Positions 35,564 to 45,452 of a stretch of 64,000 nt of DNA are shown here, piece after piece. The stretch comes from Nannocystis bainbridge (GTDB lineage: Bacteria; Myxococcota_A; Polyangia; Nannocystales; Nannocystaceae): NCBI RefSeq assembly GCF_028368995.1, contig NZ_JAQNDL010000001.1:2656001-2720000 (forward strand). The letters are read 5' to 3'. Position 1 is the stretch's first letter; every line of letters begins with the position of its first letter. Position numbers and translations under genes: made by a program. The notes below the pieces were generated by a model that was not told the origin of the DNA, did no database searches, and saw only the letters and a program-made list of their open reading frames with translations.

Positions 35564-36703
35564 ATGTCCCATCCACCATCCTCGCTCGTCCGACCTGTGC
35601 TCGCGGCCATCCTCGCCTGCGCCCCCGCCTGCGACCGCGCCCCCGAGCCCACGCCCGCGCCTCCGCCTCCGCCTCCGTCGCCGCCCGCGACCGCCGTGCA
35701 GCCGGTCGGCGTCTCCAATTTAAAAACCGACGAGGACCTGCGCCTCTTGCCCGCCCTCGCAGTGCGCGACGGCGACGGCTGGCGCGTCGACCTGCGCGTC
35801 TGGGTGTTCGAGCCCGAGGCTGACTCCTGGCGCCGCGGCGCCGCGGTCGAGGCCTTAGCGACCGCGCTCGAGCTCCCGCCCGGCAGCGCGGCGAGCGAGG
35901 TGTTCCGTAAGCGGGCCCGCACCTTCCTCGTCGACAACGAGAGCGGCAAGCGGGTCGTCGTCCAGATCGGCGGCAAGGTCCACCCCCTCGCCGTCACCGG
36001 CGCCAACGGCCACAGCGTCACCGAGCTGCGCCTCGCCGACGCCGACCTGCCCGCGCCCCTCAACGCCGTGACCGCCGTCCTGCAGCCCGGCGACGCTCGC
36101 AGCTTCGTCGGCACCATCGTCCGCCTCGACCCCGCCGGTATCTCGGTCGTCAGCGACGTCGACGACACCATCAAGCTCAGCGACGTGCGCGACAAGCAGC
36201 GCCTGCTCGAGCGGACCTTTTTAAAAGAGTTCGAGGCCGTGCCGGCGATGGCCGCGACCTATCAGCGCTGGGCCTCGGCCGGCGCCAGCTTCCACTACCT
36301 CTCCGCCAGCCCGTGGCAGCTCCACGACGCCCTGCGCGAGTTCACCGACGCCGCGGGTTTCCCGGCCGGCAGCGCGCACCTCAAGCTGTTCCGCGCCAAG
36401 GACGCGAGCTTCTTCGCCCTGTTTCAGGACCCGCAGGCCTACAAGGCCCCGCTGCTGCGCCAGCTCCTCACCGGCGCGCCGGGCCGGCGCTTCGTGCTCG
36501 TCGGCGACTCGGGCGAGCTCGACCCCGAGGTCTACGGCGCCGCCTACCGTGAGTTCCCCGACCAGGTCGTCGCCATCTACATCCGTGACGTCACCGACGA
36601 GGCCCGCGAGGCCCCGCGCTATCGCACGGCCTTCGAGGGCGTCCCTGCGGCGCGCTGGCAGATCTTCGACGACCCCGCGGAGCTGCCGCCGACCTTGCCC
36701 TGA
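35564..36703 (+). CDS. App1/DUF2183 phosphatidate phosphatase-like lipoprotein
   Basis: HAD-like VSDVDDTIK, FHYLSASPWQL, FVLVGDSGELDPEVY; lipobox-like LACAPAC. Confidence 0.9.
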   Translation: MSHPPSSLVRPVLAAILACAPACDRAPEPTPAPPPPPPSPPATAVQPVGVSNLKTDEDLRLLPALAVRDGDGWRVDLRVWVFEPEADSWRRGAAVEALATALELPPGSAASEVFRKRARTFLVDNESGKRVVVQIGGKVHPLAVTGANGHSVTELRLADADLPAPLNAVTAVLQPGDARSFVGTIVRLDPAGISVVSDVDDTIKLSDVRDKQRLLERTFLKEFEAVPAMAATYQRWASAGASFHYLSASPWQLHDALREFTDAAGFPAGSAHLKLFRAKDASFFALFQDPQAYKAPLLRQLLTGAPGRRFVLVGDSGELDPEVYGAAYREFPDQVVAIYIRDVTDEAREAPRYRTAFEGVPAARWQIFDDPAELPPTLP

Positions 36704-36772
36704 AGACGACAGCCGGGCACTTCGGTTGACGCGGACTTGCGGGCGCGGCTAGCGTGCTTTGCCAGGAAGTCC

Positions 36773-39697
36773 ATGTTCAGCCGTCTCCTGAGCTCCGCCA
36801 GTCTCGTTGTGATTCTTGCTCTCGGCGCCGCCGGCGAGGCTCAGGCCCGCCGCGTCGAGCCGGGCGCCTGGCAGCCCGCTCCGGGGGTCGGGATGCGCCT
36901 GCAGCGAGCCGTCGACCTCGGGGGTGCCCCGCCACGCGTCGCTGCGGCTGCCTGGCGCCGCCTCGCCGCCGAGCTCGGCCCGACCGCCCAGGCCATCTGG
37001 GACGCCGACACCCACGTCCCCACGCGCGTGTGGGGCGCAGGTCTGCCGGCCGCCGGCGCCGTCACCTCGAGCCTGGTCGCCCGCCGGATCGCCGACGAGT
37101 TCCTCGCCACCCACCTCGACCTGCTCGCCCCTGGCGCCCGGCCGGCCGATCTCGCGCTGATCGGCGACGACCTCTCGGCCGGCATTCGCAGCCTCGGCTT
37201 CGCCCAGACCTACCACGGCCGCCGCGTCGTCGGCGGTCAGCTCAGCCTCCGCTTCAAGGGCGACCGCCTGACCCTGATCGCCAGCGAGGCCCTGCCGCAC
37301 GTGCGAGCTGTCCTTTCGGACAGCCCGATCGCCGACGAGCAGGCCCGCGCCCGCGCCCTCGACTGGCTGCGCGGCGAGTACCCGGCCGCCACCGCCGGCG
37401 CCGTCTCGACCCCCGTCATCCTCCCGCTCGTCGGCCACGGCCCGATCCGCTACCTCGAGGCGCGCGCCGTCGAAGTCGCCTCCGACCAGCCGCTCGGCGG
37501 CTGGACCGTCTACGTCGACGCCGCCACCGGAACCCCGCTGGCCCGCGTCTCGAAGTTCATCTCCGCCACCGGCACCGTCCTCTACGACGTCCCCGAGCGC
37601 AGCCCGAGCTACGGCGAGCGGGTCCTGCGGCCGGCGCCCTTCCTCGACATCACCATCGACGACGTGCCCGCCGTCACCGACGCCGCCGGGACTGTCACGT
37701 TCGACGCCGCCACCGTGCAGGTCGGCCTCGGCGTGCGCGGCCAGTTCGTCCGCATCATCAACAAGGCCGGCGCGCTGGCCAGCCAGGTGTTCGCGCTCGA
37801 CGAGGGCAGCGAGGTCCAGTGGAGCGGCGACGGCGACCCGCACCTCGACGCCCAGCTCACCGCCTACGTCGCCGGCAACTTCGCCAAGGACTACGTGCGG
37901 GCGATCGCCAGCGAGCCGCTCGCCTGGCTCGACGGCCAGGTCGACGTCACCGTCAGCGACAACAGCGGCGCCTGCAACGCGATGTCGAACGGCGACGACC
38001 TGTTCTTCTTCGACGGCAACGAGAACTGCGAGAACACCGCGCGGATCCCCGACGTCGTCTATCACGAGGCCGGTCACAGCGTGCACAACCAGTCGCTGAT
38101 CCCCGGCGTCGGCCTGTTCGAGGGCGCCCTGTCCGAGGGCATCTCCGACTACCTCAGCGCCACCATCACCGGCGACCCGGCGATGGCCCGCGGCTTCTTC
38201 CTCAACAGCCAGCCGCTGCGCGACCTCGACCCCGACGGTTACGAGTGGCACTGGCCCGAGCACCGCGGCGAGTCGCACGACGAGGGCCGCATCATCGGCG
38301 GCACGCTGTGGGACCTGCGGACCGAGCTCATCGCCGAGATGGGCGAGGCCGAGGGCATCGCCCACGCCGACAAGATCTGGTACGAGGCGACCCGCCGCGC
38401 CAGCGACATCCCGACCATGTACCCCGAGGCGCTGCTGGTCGACGACGACGACGGCGACCTCGCCAACGGCACCCCGCACAGCTGTCTCATCGACCAGGTG
38501 TTCTATCGCCACGGCCTGGTCGGCGCCGCCATCCTCGGCGGCGAGGTCCGCACGCTCGCGGCCGAGGCCGACGGCAGCGTCCCGGTCGCGCTCGACATCC
38601 AGGCCGCGCAGAGCTCGTGCATCGACCTCTCGCCGACCGGCGCGAAGCTCGAGTGGCGCGTGCGCGGCACCCCGACGATCACCGAGATCGCGATGACGAG
38701 CACGCCCGAGGGCTTCGCCGGCGCCCTGCCGCCGCAGCAGGACGGCACGGTGATCGAGTACCGCGTGACCGCCGACCTCAGCAACGACACCGAGGCCCAG
38801 TTCCCGGCCAACCCGGCCTATCCGTGGTACCAGCGCTACTACGGCGAGGTCGTGCCGATCTGGTGCGAGGGCTTCGAGGGCGACGTGGCGAGCTGGACGC
38901 TCGGCAGCGAGTGGGAGATCGGTGCACCGCTCGGCAAGTCGGGCGACGCCGATGCCGCGTTCGCCGGCGACAAGGTCGCGGGCATCGACCTCTCGAGCGA
39001 CGGCCGCTACTCGCCGCAGCGGGTCATGAACCTGACCGGCCCGATCGTCGAGCTGCCGCCGGGCTTCGCCTCCTACCGCCTGCAATACCAGCGCTGGCTC
39101 AACGTCGAGGACGCCTACTTCGACCGCGCCGAGATCCTCGTCAACGGCGAGCTCGGGTGGCGCAACTTCAACAGCATGATGGGCGACAACAACAGCGACG
39201 TGCATCATCGCGACAGCGAGTGGAGCTTCCACGACGTCGACATCACCCCGGTCGCGTTCTCCGGCACCGCCCAGCTGGTGTTCCGCCTGTCGTCCGACGG
39301 CGGCCTCGAGCTCGGCGGCTGGAACCTCGACGACGTGTGCATCGTCGGCGTCGAGGAGCCGCCGCCGGCGGTCTGCGGCGACGGGGTGATCGCCGCGGGT
39401 GAGGGATGTGACGACGGGAATTCCGAGGACGGTGACGGATGCAGCGCCACGTGCACCGTCGAATCGCCGGAAGACCCCACCGAAGGGGCCCTGTCGACCA
39501 CCGGCAGCGCCGATCCGGACTCCGACACCGGCACCTCCGACGATTCGGACAGCACCGGCGGCGCGAGCGAAATGGGCGGTTGTGGTTGCCGTGGCGCGGG
39601 GGGCGCGGGTGGCTCCAGCGCATGGATGCTCGGCCTGGTCGGACTGGCCTGGCGGCGGCGGACGCGTCGCCGGCCGACGTCCGCGCTCCGCGCTTGA
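36773..39697 (+). CDS. Secreted zinc metallopeptidase (M4/M36-like) with Cys-rich repeat and MYXO-CTERM anchor
   Basis: YHEAGH...EGISD; DDDDGDLANGTPH.C; CGDGVI..EGCDDGN..DGDGCS; GCGC + TM + RRR. Confidence 0.9.
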   Translation: MFSRLLSSASLVVILALGAAGEAQARRVEPGAWQPAPGVGMRLQRAVDLGGAPPRVAAAAWRRLAAELGPTAQAIWDADTHVPTRVWGAGLPAAGAVTSSLVARRIADEFLATHLDLLAPGARPADLALIGDDLSAGIRSLGFAQTYHGRRVVGGQLSLRFKGDRLTLIASEALPHVRAVLSDSPIADEQARARALDWLRGEYPAATAGAVSTPVILPLVGHGPIRYLEARAVEVASDQPLGGWTVYVDAATGTPLARVSKFISATGTVLYDVPERSPSYGERVLRPAPFLDITIDDVPAVTDAAGTVTFDAATVQVGLGVRGQFVRIINKAGALASQVFALDEGSEVQWSGDGDPHLDAQLTAYVAGNFAKDYVRAIASEPLAWLDGQVDVTVSDNSGACNAMSNGDDLFFFDGNENCENTARIPDVVYHEAGHSVHNQSLIPGVGLFEGALSEGISDYLSATITGDPAMARGFFLNSQPLRDLDPDGYEWHWPEHRGESHDEGRIIGGTLWDLRTELIAEMGEAEGIAHADKIWYEATRRASDIPTMYPEALLVDDDDGDLANGTPHSCLIDQVFYRHGLVGAAILGGEVRTLAAEADGSVPVALDIQAAQSSCIDLSPTGAKLEWRVRGTPTITEIAMTSTPEGFAGALPPQQDGTVIEYRVTADLSNDTEAQFPANPAYPWYQRYYGEVVPIWCEGFEGDVASWTLGSEWEIGAPLGKSGDADAAFAGDKVAGIDLSSDGRYSPQRVMNLTGPIVELPPGFASYRLQYQRWLNVEDAYFDRAEILVNGELGWRNFNSMMGDNNSDVHHRDSEWSFHDVDITPVAFSGTAQLVFRLSSDGGLELGGWNLDDVCIVGVEEPPPAVCGDGVIAAGEGCDDGNSEDGDGCSATCTVESPEDPTEGALSTTGSADPDSDTGTSDDSDSTGGASEMGGCGCRGAGGAGGSSAWMLGLVGLAWRRRTRRRPTSALRA

Positions 39698-39728
39698 CGG
39701 CCTGGTGAGGAGCGCGTAAGCGAGTAAT

Positions 39729-42611
39729 GTGCGTTTAAAGAATATTGCTGCGGGTAGTGTCTCGGCGACGATCGTGACAGCGCTCTGCTGGCTCGCACCG
39801 GAGCCAGCCGAGGCGTTCGCCCCGCAAGCAGGCCGGCGCGCGAGCGTCGAGCTCAGCGCCGCGGCCGGCGGCAGCGCGAGGACCTCGCGCGCCGTGATTC
39901 ACGCCGCCCCGCCGGTCGCCCAGGCCGCCTATCGCCGCTTCGCTGCCGCCCTCGAGCCCGGCGACGTGGTCTGGGATCGGGCCACCGGCGTGCCGCTGCG
40001 GCTGTGGGGCCTGAGGGGCGCGGCTGTCCCGAGGGCCATGCCGAGCCGCGACCTCGAGCTGCGCAGCGCCCACGACCTGCTCGCGCGCCACCTCGACCTG
40101 CTCGCCCCGGGCAGCGCCGCCGCCGACTTCGTGCTCGTCGGCGACGACCTCTCCTCCGGCATCCACAGCCTCGGCTTCGCCCAGCACTACCGCGGCCGCC
40201 CGGTCCTCGGCGGTCAGGTCAGCTTCCGCTTCAAGGCCGGGCGCCTGGCCATGATCGGCAGCGAGGCCCTGCCCAGGGTCCAGGCTGTGCTCACGGACAG
40301 CCCCGTGCCCGAGCCCGTCGCGCGCGAGCGGGCCCGCGAATGGATCGGCGGCGACGCTCGCCCCGATCGCGTCGAGGGCCCCTTCATCCTCCCGCTCGTC
40401 GACGACGAGCGCGTCCGCGGCTACCGCGAGGTCCTGCGGGTCACCGTGCACACCACCGCCCCGATCGGTCGCTGGGCCGTCTACGTCGACGCCGCCACCG
40501 GCGAGCCGCTGGCGCGTGAACAGCTGCTGCGCTTCGCCTCCGGCAACCTCAAGATCGACGCCCCGGTGCGCGGGCCCGGCGGTCAGCGGCTCGAGTTCGC
40601 GGCCGCCAACCTCGGCGTGGTCGTCAACGGCGCCCCCGCCGTCACCACCATCACCGGCGCGGTCAGCTTCGCCGACGGCAGCCCGGCCACCGTCGCCACC
40701 ACCGTGCTCGGCTCGTTCGTCGCCGTCGCCAGCGAGGCCGGCGCCCCGGCGGCCACCAACCTGGCCCTTCCGCCAGGTGGTCAAGCCACCTGGAGCGTCG
40801 CCGCCGACGAGTTCCTCGACGCCCAGCTGACCACCTACGTGCACGCCGACCGGGTCAAGCAGATGGTCCGCGCCATCGCCCCCGACTTCGCCTTCGTCGA
40901 CCAGCAGATGCCGGCGATCGTCAACATCAATGACGTCTGCAACGCCTTCGCCGACGGCGAATCGATCAACTTCTTCCAGTCCGACGCCCAGTGCGAGAAC
41001 ACCGGCCGGATCGCCGACGTGGTCTATCACGAGTTCGGCCACAACGTGCACTTCCAGGGCATCATCCCCGGCGTCGGCTTCCCCGACGGCGCGCTGTCCG
41101 AGGGCATCTCCGACTTCCTGAGCGCGACCATCACCGACTCGCCCGACCTCGCGCCCGGCTTCTTCAAGGGCGACCCCGGCCCGCTGCGCGCCCTCGATCC
41201 GCAGGGCTCCGAGTGGCACTGGCCCGAGGACAACACCGAGATCCACGACGCCGGCCGGATCATCGGCGGCGCCCTCTGGGACCTGCGCAAGGCCCTGCGG
41301 AACAAGCTCGGCGCCGGCCCCGGCGTGGCCCAGGTCAACAAGCTGTGGTTCGAGTCGATCCGCCGCGCGGTCGACATGCCGAGCATGTACCCCGAGGTCT
41401 TGCTGGCCGACGACGACGACGGCGACCTGTCCAACGGGACACCCAACGAGTGCGAGATCAACGTCGCCTTCGACGCCCACGGCCTCGTCGGTCCGTCGGC
41501 GGTCGCGGCCGACGTCGTCACCTCGGCGCCGACCCCCGACGGCGTGCTCGTCGACCTGATCGTGTCGGGCCAGCAAAAGGCCTGTCTCAACCTCAGCCCG
41601 CTCGGCGCCGAGCTGCACTGGCGCGTGCGCGGCGAGCAGCAGAACGGCATGGTGCCGATGAACCCGAGCGCCGGCGGCTTCGCCGGCATCATGCCCAACG
41701 TCGGCGACGGCAAGGTGCTCGAGTATCAGGTGCGCCTCGTGCTGCAGGGCGGCACCACCGTGGTGTTCCCGACCAACGCGGCCGACCCGACCTACGAGCT
41801 CTACCTCGGCCCCGTCACCAACATCTTCTGCGAGGACTTCGAGTCGGGCCCGGCGGCGCAGGGCTGGCAGCTCAACGGCGATTGGGCGTTCGGCCCGCCC
41901 GCCGGTGGCCCCGACCCCGCCGCCGCGTTCAACGGCAGCAGCGTCGCCGGCAACGGCCTGGCCCCGCCCGGCACCTACGAGAGCTTCCTCGAGAGCCACA
42001 TGCTCGGGCCCGTCATCAACGTCGCCGGCCACAACACCGTGCGCCTGCAGCTGCGCCGCTGGCTCGAGGTCGAGGACGCCAACTTCGACCAGGCGCTCGT
42101 GCTCGCCAACGGCAGCGAGGCGTGGCGCAACGCCACCAACGACGCCGGCAAGCTGCACCACATCGACGGCGAGTGGCGGTTCCAGGACATCGACCTCACC
42201 CCGTTCGTCAGCAACGGTCAGGTCCAGCTCGAGTTCATCCTCGAGGGCGACGAGGCGCTCGAGTTCGGCGGCTGGAACATCGACGAGCTGTGCGTCGTCG
42301 GCACCGGCTCCGTCACCCAGGGCGTGTGCGGCGACGGCATCATCAGCGGCATCGAGGCCTGCGACGACGGCAACCTCGACGCCGGCGACGGCTGCAGCCC
42401 GAGCTGCACCATCGAGTCGATCGACCCGACCACCGGCCCCGGCGGCCCCGTCTTCACCGACACCGACACCGACACTGACACCGACACCGACTCGGCCACC
42501 GGCGGCGGCGACAAAGAGTCGGGTTGCGGCTGCAATCAGGGGGCGGGGGACCTCGGCGCCGCCGTGCTCGCCCTCGCCGGCCTCGTCATGCTCCGCCGCC
42601 GTCGCTCGTAG
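39729..42611 (+). CDS. Paralogous secreted zinc metallopeptidase with MYXO-CTERM anchor
   Basis: YHEFGH...EGISD; DDDDGDLSNGTPN.C; CGDG..EACDDGN; (TD)n linker; SGCGC + TM + RRRRS. Confidence 0.9.
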   Translation: MRLKNIAAGSVSATIVTALCWLAPEPAEAFAPQAGRRASVELSAAAGGSARTSRAVIHAAPPVAQAAYRRFAAALEPGDVVWDRATGVPLRLWGLRGAAVPRAMPSRDLELRSAHDLLARHLDLLAPGSAAADFVLVGDDLSSGIHSLGFAQHYRGRPVLGGQVSFRFKAGRLAMIGSEALPRVQAVLTDSPVPEPVARERAREWIGGDARPDRVEGPFILPLVDDERVRGYREVLRVTVHTTAPIGRWAVYVDAATGEPLAREQLLRFASGNLKIDAPVRGPGGQRLEFAAANLGVVVNGAPAVTTITGAVSFADGSPATVATTVLGSFVAVASEAGAPAATNLALPPGGQATWSVAADEFLDAQLTTYVHADRVKQMVRAIAPDFAFVDQQMPAIVNINDVCNAFADGESINFFQSDAQCENTGRIADVVYHEFGHNVHFQGIIPGVGFPDGALSEGISDFLSATITDSPDLAPGFFKGDPGPLRALDPQGSEWHWPEDNTEIHDAGRIIGGALWDLRKALRNKLGAGPGVAQVNKLWFESIRRAVDMPSMYPEVLLADDDDGDLSNGTPNECEINVAFDAHGLVGPSAVAADVVTSAPTPDGVLVDLIVSGQQKACLNLSPLGAELHWRVRGEQQNGMVPMNPSAGGFAGIMPNVGDGKVLEYQVRLVLQGGTTVVFPTNAADPTYELYLGPVTNIFCEDFESGPAAQGWQLNGDWAFGPPAGGPDPAAAFNGSSVAGNGLAPPGTYESFLESHMLGPVINVAGHNTVRLQLRRWLEVEDANFDQALVLANGSEAWRNATNDAGKLHHIDGEWRFQDIDLTPFVSNGQVQLEFILEGDEALEFGGWNIDELCVVGTGSVTQGVCGDGIISGIEACDDGNLDAGDGCSPSCTIESIDPTTGPGGPVFTDTDTDTDTDTDSATGGGDKESGCGCNQGAGDLGAAVLALAGLVMLRRRRS

Positions 42612-42847
42612 AACCGCATCGGCGCGCCGCTCGAGACACTCTCGAGGCGCGCGCCCCCCTGATCCCTCGCGACCCCGACCACACCGGCCGGGGTCGCGTC
42701 GTTTCGCCCTCCGACTGCGCCTGCGCGATCCCAAGCGGCCGATTTCAGCGGCCTGAACCTTGGCTGCGGACACCTGACCGGTATGCTGTCCTCGGCACTA
42801 TTTGCGCAGGGCAACGAGGCCGGGCGAACGCCCGGGAGGAGGTTGGA

Positions 42848-44080
42848 ATGCAGCTGGACATCTTCACCGAGATTCAGGACCCCCGGCCGTGGACGCCGGA
42901 CCACGAGCACCGCCGGATCATGGAGGCGCTCGAGCAGGCCAAGCTGGCCGACGAGATGGGCTACGGGACGTGGTGGCAGGTCGAGCACCACGGGGGCGAG
43001 GAGTTCAGCCTGTCGTCGGCGCCGGAGATCCTGCTGACCGCGATCTCGCAACACACGAAGAACATCCGCCTCGGCCACTCGGCCGCGCTGGCCCCGTACC
43101 GCTTCAACCACCCGATCCGGATCGCCGAGCGGGCCGCCTTCCTCGACCACCTCAGCAACGGTCGCGTCGAGCTCGGCCTGGCCCGCTCGACCATCCCCGA
43201 GTGGCGCACCTTCAACATCGCCGCCGACGAGGCGCGCGACCAGATGCAGCAAGCGTTCGAGATGATCCCGAAGATGTGGACGCAAGAGCGCTTCTCTTGG
43301 AAGAGCCAGTACTTCGACATCAACAACGTGCCGATCGTGCCCAAGCCGCTGCAGAAGCCGCACCCGGCGCTGTGGCAGGCGTGCTCGTCGCCGGCCTCGT
43401 TCGAGCAGGCCGGCCGCAACGGCGTCGGCGCGCTCGGGGTCACGCTGTGGGCCCCGCCCGAGCAGGTCAAGGCGTGGATCGAGCTCTACCGCAAGGCGAT
43501 CGCGCAGTGCACGAAGCCGGTCGGCGAGTTCATCAACGACAAGGTCGCGTTCTTCACCTTCGTCCACTGCGCCGACACCGACGAGGAGGCGATGCAGAAC
43601 GGCGCCGCCACGGCGGCCGCCTGGTACACCAACCGCTCGTTCACCTTCTTCGAGGCCAAGGAGCAGTTCCTGCAGGTCGCCGCCGAGCAGGAGAAGCGGC
43701 TCAAGGACCCGGCCGGCAGCGCCCTGCTCGGCCAATTCCTCAACAATGAGCAGGCCCGCACCGGCGGCCGCGTCAACCGGGCCCAGATCGTCATCGGCCG
43801 CATCATGCAGGGCGAGGAAGTCTCGCCGGCCGAGGTCTACGAGGCGCTCGCCGACCAGGACTCGCTGATCGTCGGCAGCCCCGAGACCTGCCTGCGCAAG
43901 ATGCAGGTCTACGCCGACCTCGGCATCGACCGCCTGATGTGCTTCCAGCAGGTCGGCCAGCTGACCCACGAGCAGGTGATGAAGAGCATCCGCCTGGTCG
44001 GCGGGCTGATCCCCAAGCTGGCGAAACAGCCCGCGCCGGCGCCCCTCCACGGCGAGGGCACGCTGCTCGCCGAGGTGTGA
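42848..44080 (+). CDS. LLM-class (luciferase-like) flavin-dependent oxidoreductase
   Basis: W.VEHH..EEFS.SSAPE, HPIRIAERAA.LD.LSNGRVELG, PKPLQKPHP; GGAGGAGG RBS before ATG 42848. Confidence 0.93.
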   Translation: MQLDIFTEIQDPRPWTPDHEHRRIMEALEQAKLADEMGYGTWWQVEHHGGEEFSLSSAPEILLTAISQHTKNIRLGHSAALAPYRFNHPIRIAERAAFLDHLSNGRVELGLARSTIPEWRTFNIAADEARDQMQQAFEMIPKMWTQERFSWKSQYFDINNVPIVPKPLQKPHPALWQACSSPASFEQAGRNGVGALGVTLWAPPEQVKAWIELYRKAIAQCTKPVGEFINDKVAFFTFVHCADTDEEAMQNGAATAAAWYTNRSFTFFEAKEQFLQVAAEQEKRLKDPAGSALLGQFLNNEQARTGGRVNRAQIVIGRIMQGEEVSPAEVYEALADQDSLIVGSPETCLRKMQVYADLGIDRLMCFQQVGQLTHEQVMKSIRLVGGLIPKLAKQPAPAPLHGEGTLLAEV

Positions 44081-44222
44081 CCCGCCCGCGCGTCCGCGCC
44101 CGCTCCTGGGGCCGACGAGCCTCGGAGCGGTCGCGGACGCGCGAGATGAATAAATTTTCATGTTCCCCTGGCATCGGCCGGATACCGCTGCCACGCTCAA
44201 CGGAGCAAAGGATCCCTTCGCC

Positions 44223-45206
44223 GTGCAGCGCTCCCTGCTCTCCGCCTTGACCCTGTCGTTCGGCCTCTGTGCCTGTGGCCCCGAGCTCAACCCGCCGCGG
44301 CCGCCCCCGGCCCACAGCGAGCTGGCCCCGGGCGGCGTCTGGGTCGCCTACAACCTCGGCTGCGAGGTCGGCTGCGAGGAGATCAAGCGCGGCGACCGGA
44401 TCCTCGCCGTCGACGGCCGCCCGGTCTCGAGCGGCGCGGAGCTCGACCAGATCAACCTGGCCCGCAGCGCCCCGCTCACCCTGCAGGTCGCCAAGTACGG
44501 CGGCAACGAGATCCGCGACGTCACGATCGTCGCCAAGCCCAACGAGCTGCTGCCGCCGATCGCCGCCGCCCCGCCGCTGTTCACCGTCGGCGCCGACGCC
44601 CTCGACCGCGCCCCCGAGTGGGCCCGCAGCAAGCTGTTCGGCCACGCGATCCCGGCGATCCGCTTCTACCGGGCCGACGAGCCGCGCGGCTACATCAGCG
44701 GCCGCGAGCTGTACGGCCGCGCCGCCCTGCTGGTGATCTGGGAGCTGCCCCAGTACATCGAGGAGTACCGCCGCTCGCTGGTCCTCGCCCCCTCCGTGTA
44801 CGCGCACATGCAGCAGTTCAGCGACGAGCTGGCCGCCGCCGGCGTCGACAGCTACTTCATCACCGACTTCCGCGCCGAGCCGGCCATCCGCGACATGCTG
44901 CGCAAGACCGCAGACCCCGGCCCCGACGGCTTCATCCCGATCTTCCAGCTGTCGTCGGCCCCGAACAACGGCTTCACGGTCGGCCTCGAGGGCCCCGCCG
45001 CCGACATCCGCGAGTCGATCTTCGACTACTCCCAAGCCCCGGTGGTCCTCATCTTCGACCGCCGCGGCATCGTCCGCTTCCACACCCGCGGCTTCCCGGC
45101 CGGCCCCGTCGACACCCTGTCCGTCGCCATCGACTTCGCCCTCCACTCCCTCACCGACGCCCCCACCCCCGCCGCGCTGGCCTCGATCCCGTCCGGCGCG
45201 CAGTGA
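44223..45206 (+). CDS. Lipoprotein with PDZ-like domain and degenerate thioredoxin-like C-terminal fold
   Basis: SFGLCAC lipobox; IKRGDRILAVDGRPV (PDZ); APVVLIFDRRGIVRF (redoxin-like strand); no CxxC. Confidence 0.7.
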   Translation: MQRSLLSALTLSFGLCACGPELNPPRPPPAHSELAPGGVWVAYNLGCEVGCEEIKRGDRILAVDGRPVSSGAELDQINLARSAPLTLQVAKYGGNEIRDVTIVAKPNELLPPIAAAPPLFTVGADALDRAPEWARSKLFGHAIPAIRFYRADEPRGYISGRELYGRAALLVIWELPQYIEEYRRSLVLAPSVYAHMQQFSDELAAAGVDSYFITDFRAEPAIRDMLRKTADPGPDGFIPIFQLSSAPNNGFTVGLEGPAADIRESIFDYSQAPVVLIFDRRGIVRFHTRGFPAGPVDTLSVAIDFALHSLTDAPTPAALASIPSGAQ

Positions 45207-45251
45207 AGGCGTCTCCTCGCGCCGGCCTCGGTCTCGTCCGGCGCGCAGTGA
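45179..45251 (+). repeat. Direct duplication of the last 28 bp of the PDZ gene (period 45)
   Basis: GGCCTCGATCCCGTCCGGCGCGCAGTGA (45179-45206) versus GGCCTCGGTCTCGTCCGGCGCGCAGTGA (45224-45251). Confidence 0.8.
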
Positions 45252-45315
45252 GGGTGTCCTCGAGAGCATGTCCGAGGGAACATGCCTGAGAGACCATGTC
45301 TTTCAGGACATGACG
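45250..45315. repeat. 14-bp-period decamer array between convergent genes
   Basis: Cores at 45253, 45267, 45281, 45295, 45309. Confidence 0.9.
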
Positions 45316-45452
45316 TATAGTACATACTCTCAAGCATTGCTCTAAACGCCGCCTTCCATGCGGCGACGAGTGACGAGCCTCGGCTGCCCCGAACACGGCC
45401 GGCCCGCGCCGGCCTCCGAGTCACCCTGCCCAGGGCAGCGAGCGCCGCCGGT

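Noticed and set aside
42455-42492. (ACCGAC)n hexamer repeat and other Thr/Ser-rich runs
   Set aside because: These are ordinary low-complexity linkers of myxobacterial exported proteins; they are in frame with no sign of phase variation.
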